64,000 bases of DNA from Chiloscyllium plagiosum (Eukaryota): assembly GCF_004010195.1 (NCBI RefSeq), contig NC_057751.1, forward strand, positions 7,640,446 through 7,704,445. The letters are read 5' to 3'. Below the pieces are notes generated by a model. The model was not told where the DNA came from, ran no database searches, and was given only the letters and a program-made list of their open reading frames with translations. The position numbers and the translations under genes were made by a program. Below, one piece after another: positions 63,581 to 64,000 of the stretch; position 1 is the first letter of the stretch; every line of letters starts with the position of its first letter.

Positions 63581-64000
63581 AATGAACTCTTTAAACTTCA
63601 TATTTTAGATCTTCCTTTTTTTGGATAAGACATGCTCTGGCCTTTCCAAAATAAAAACTTTGTACCTGCATTTATTCACGTGTTTCATGTCACATTTCAC
63701 AACTCCTATCACTTGCATTCAATAAGAGTGTGCAATCAGTTCCTTAGTTTTTGCGAGTGCTTTGCTTTAAATGAAGCATGTAATTTTTATGTGCAGACAA
63801 GAATTAAACTCATTGTTACAGGTAACCAATAGGTGGGTGCAGAGAGGGGGAGTTGGGGTGACATTAAGAAGGGAAGATTTGGTTCACCCTTGCTGGAAAA
63901 TCTCAGCAAAGCCTCCCAAATTCCCATGAGGTGATTCCGCAGAAACCATCATTTTGCTGAATGACTCACGTATGATAATCACCCAACATGTAATGAACTC

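Noticed and set aside
1..64000. Most ORFs in the six-frame track as host genes
   Set aside because: They are SINE-, CR1- or Penelope-derived (e.g. CGRKPEHPEETHAD, LLRCCLTCCAFPA) or short chance ORFs

Overview
Eukaryotic, repeat-dense, largely non-coding DNA. The repeat content (HE1/V-SINE-type tRNA SINEs with (TAATC)n tails, abundant CR1 LINEs, Penelope-like pLTR fragments) points to a cartilaginous fish, probably a shark; this is inference. There are no prokaryotic genes, CRISPR arrays or identifiable host genes, and nearly all ORFs in the track are decayed retroelement fragments or chance ORFs. Contents: one near full-length CR1 (about 50.55-55.54 kb), many 5'-truncated CR1s, about 13 HE1-type SINEs, RTE and Rex fragments, several solo LTRs, two TA-flanked MITEs and a few weak exon candidates. 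Most notable: (1) short palindromic Penelope-derived elements carrying minimal hammerhead-ribozyme cores, four of them flanked by exactly 15-bp direct repeats; (2) several locally templated insertions, the largest a 621-bp exon-like segment copied 13.4 kb into the CR1 and flanked by an identical 233-bp duplication; (3) multi-layer nested insertions. Repeat family names come from recognition, not database searches, and old repeat boundaries are approximate.
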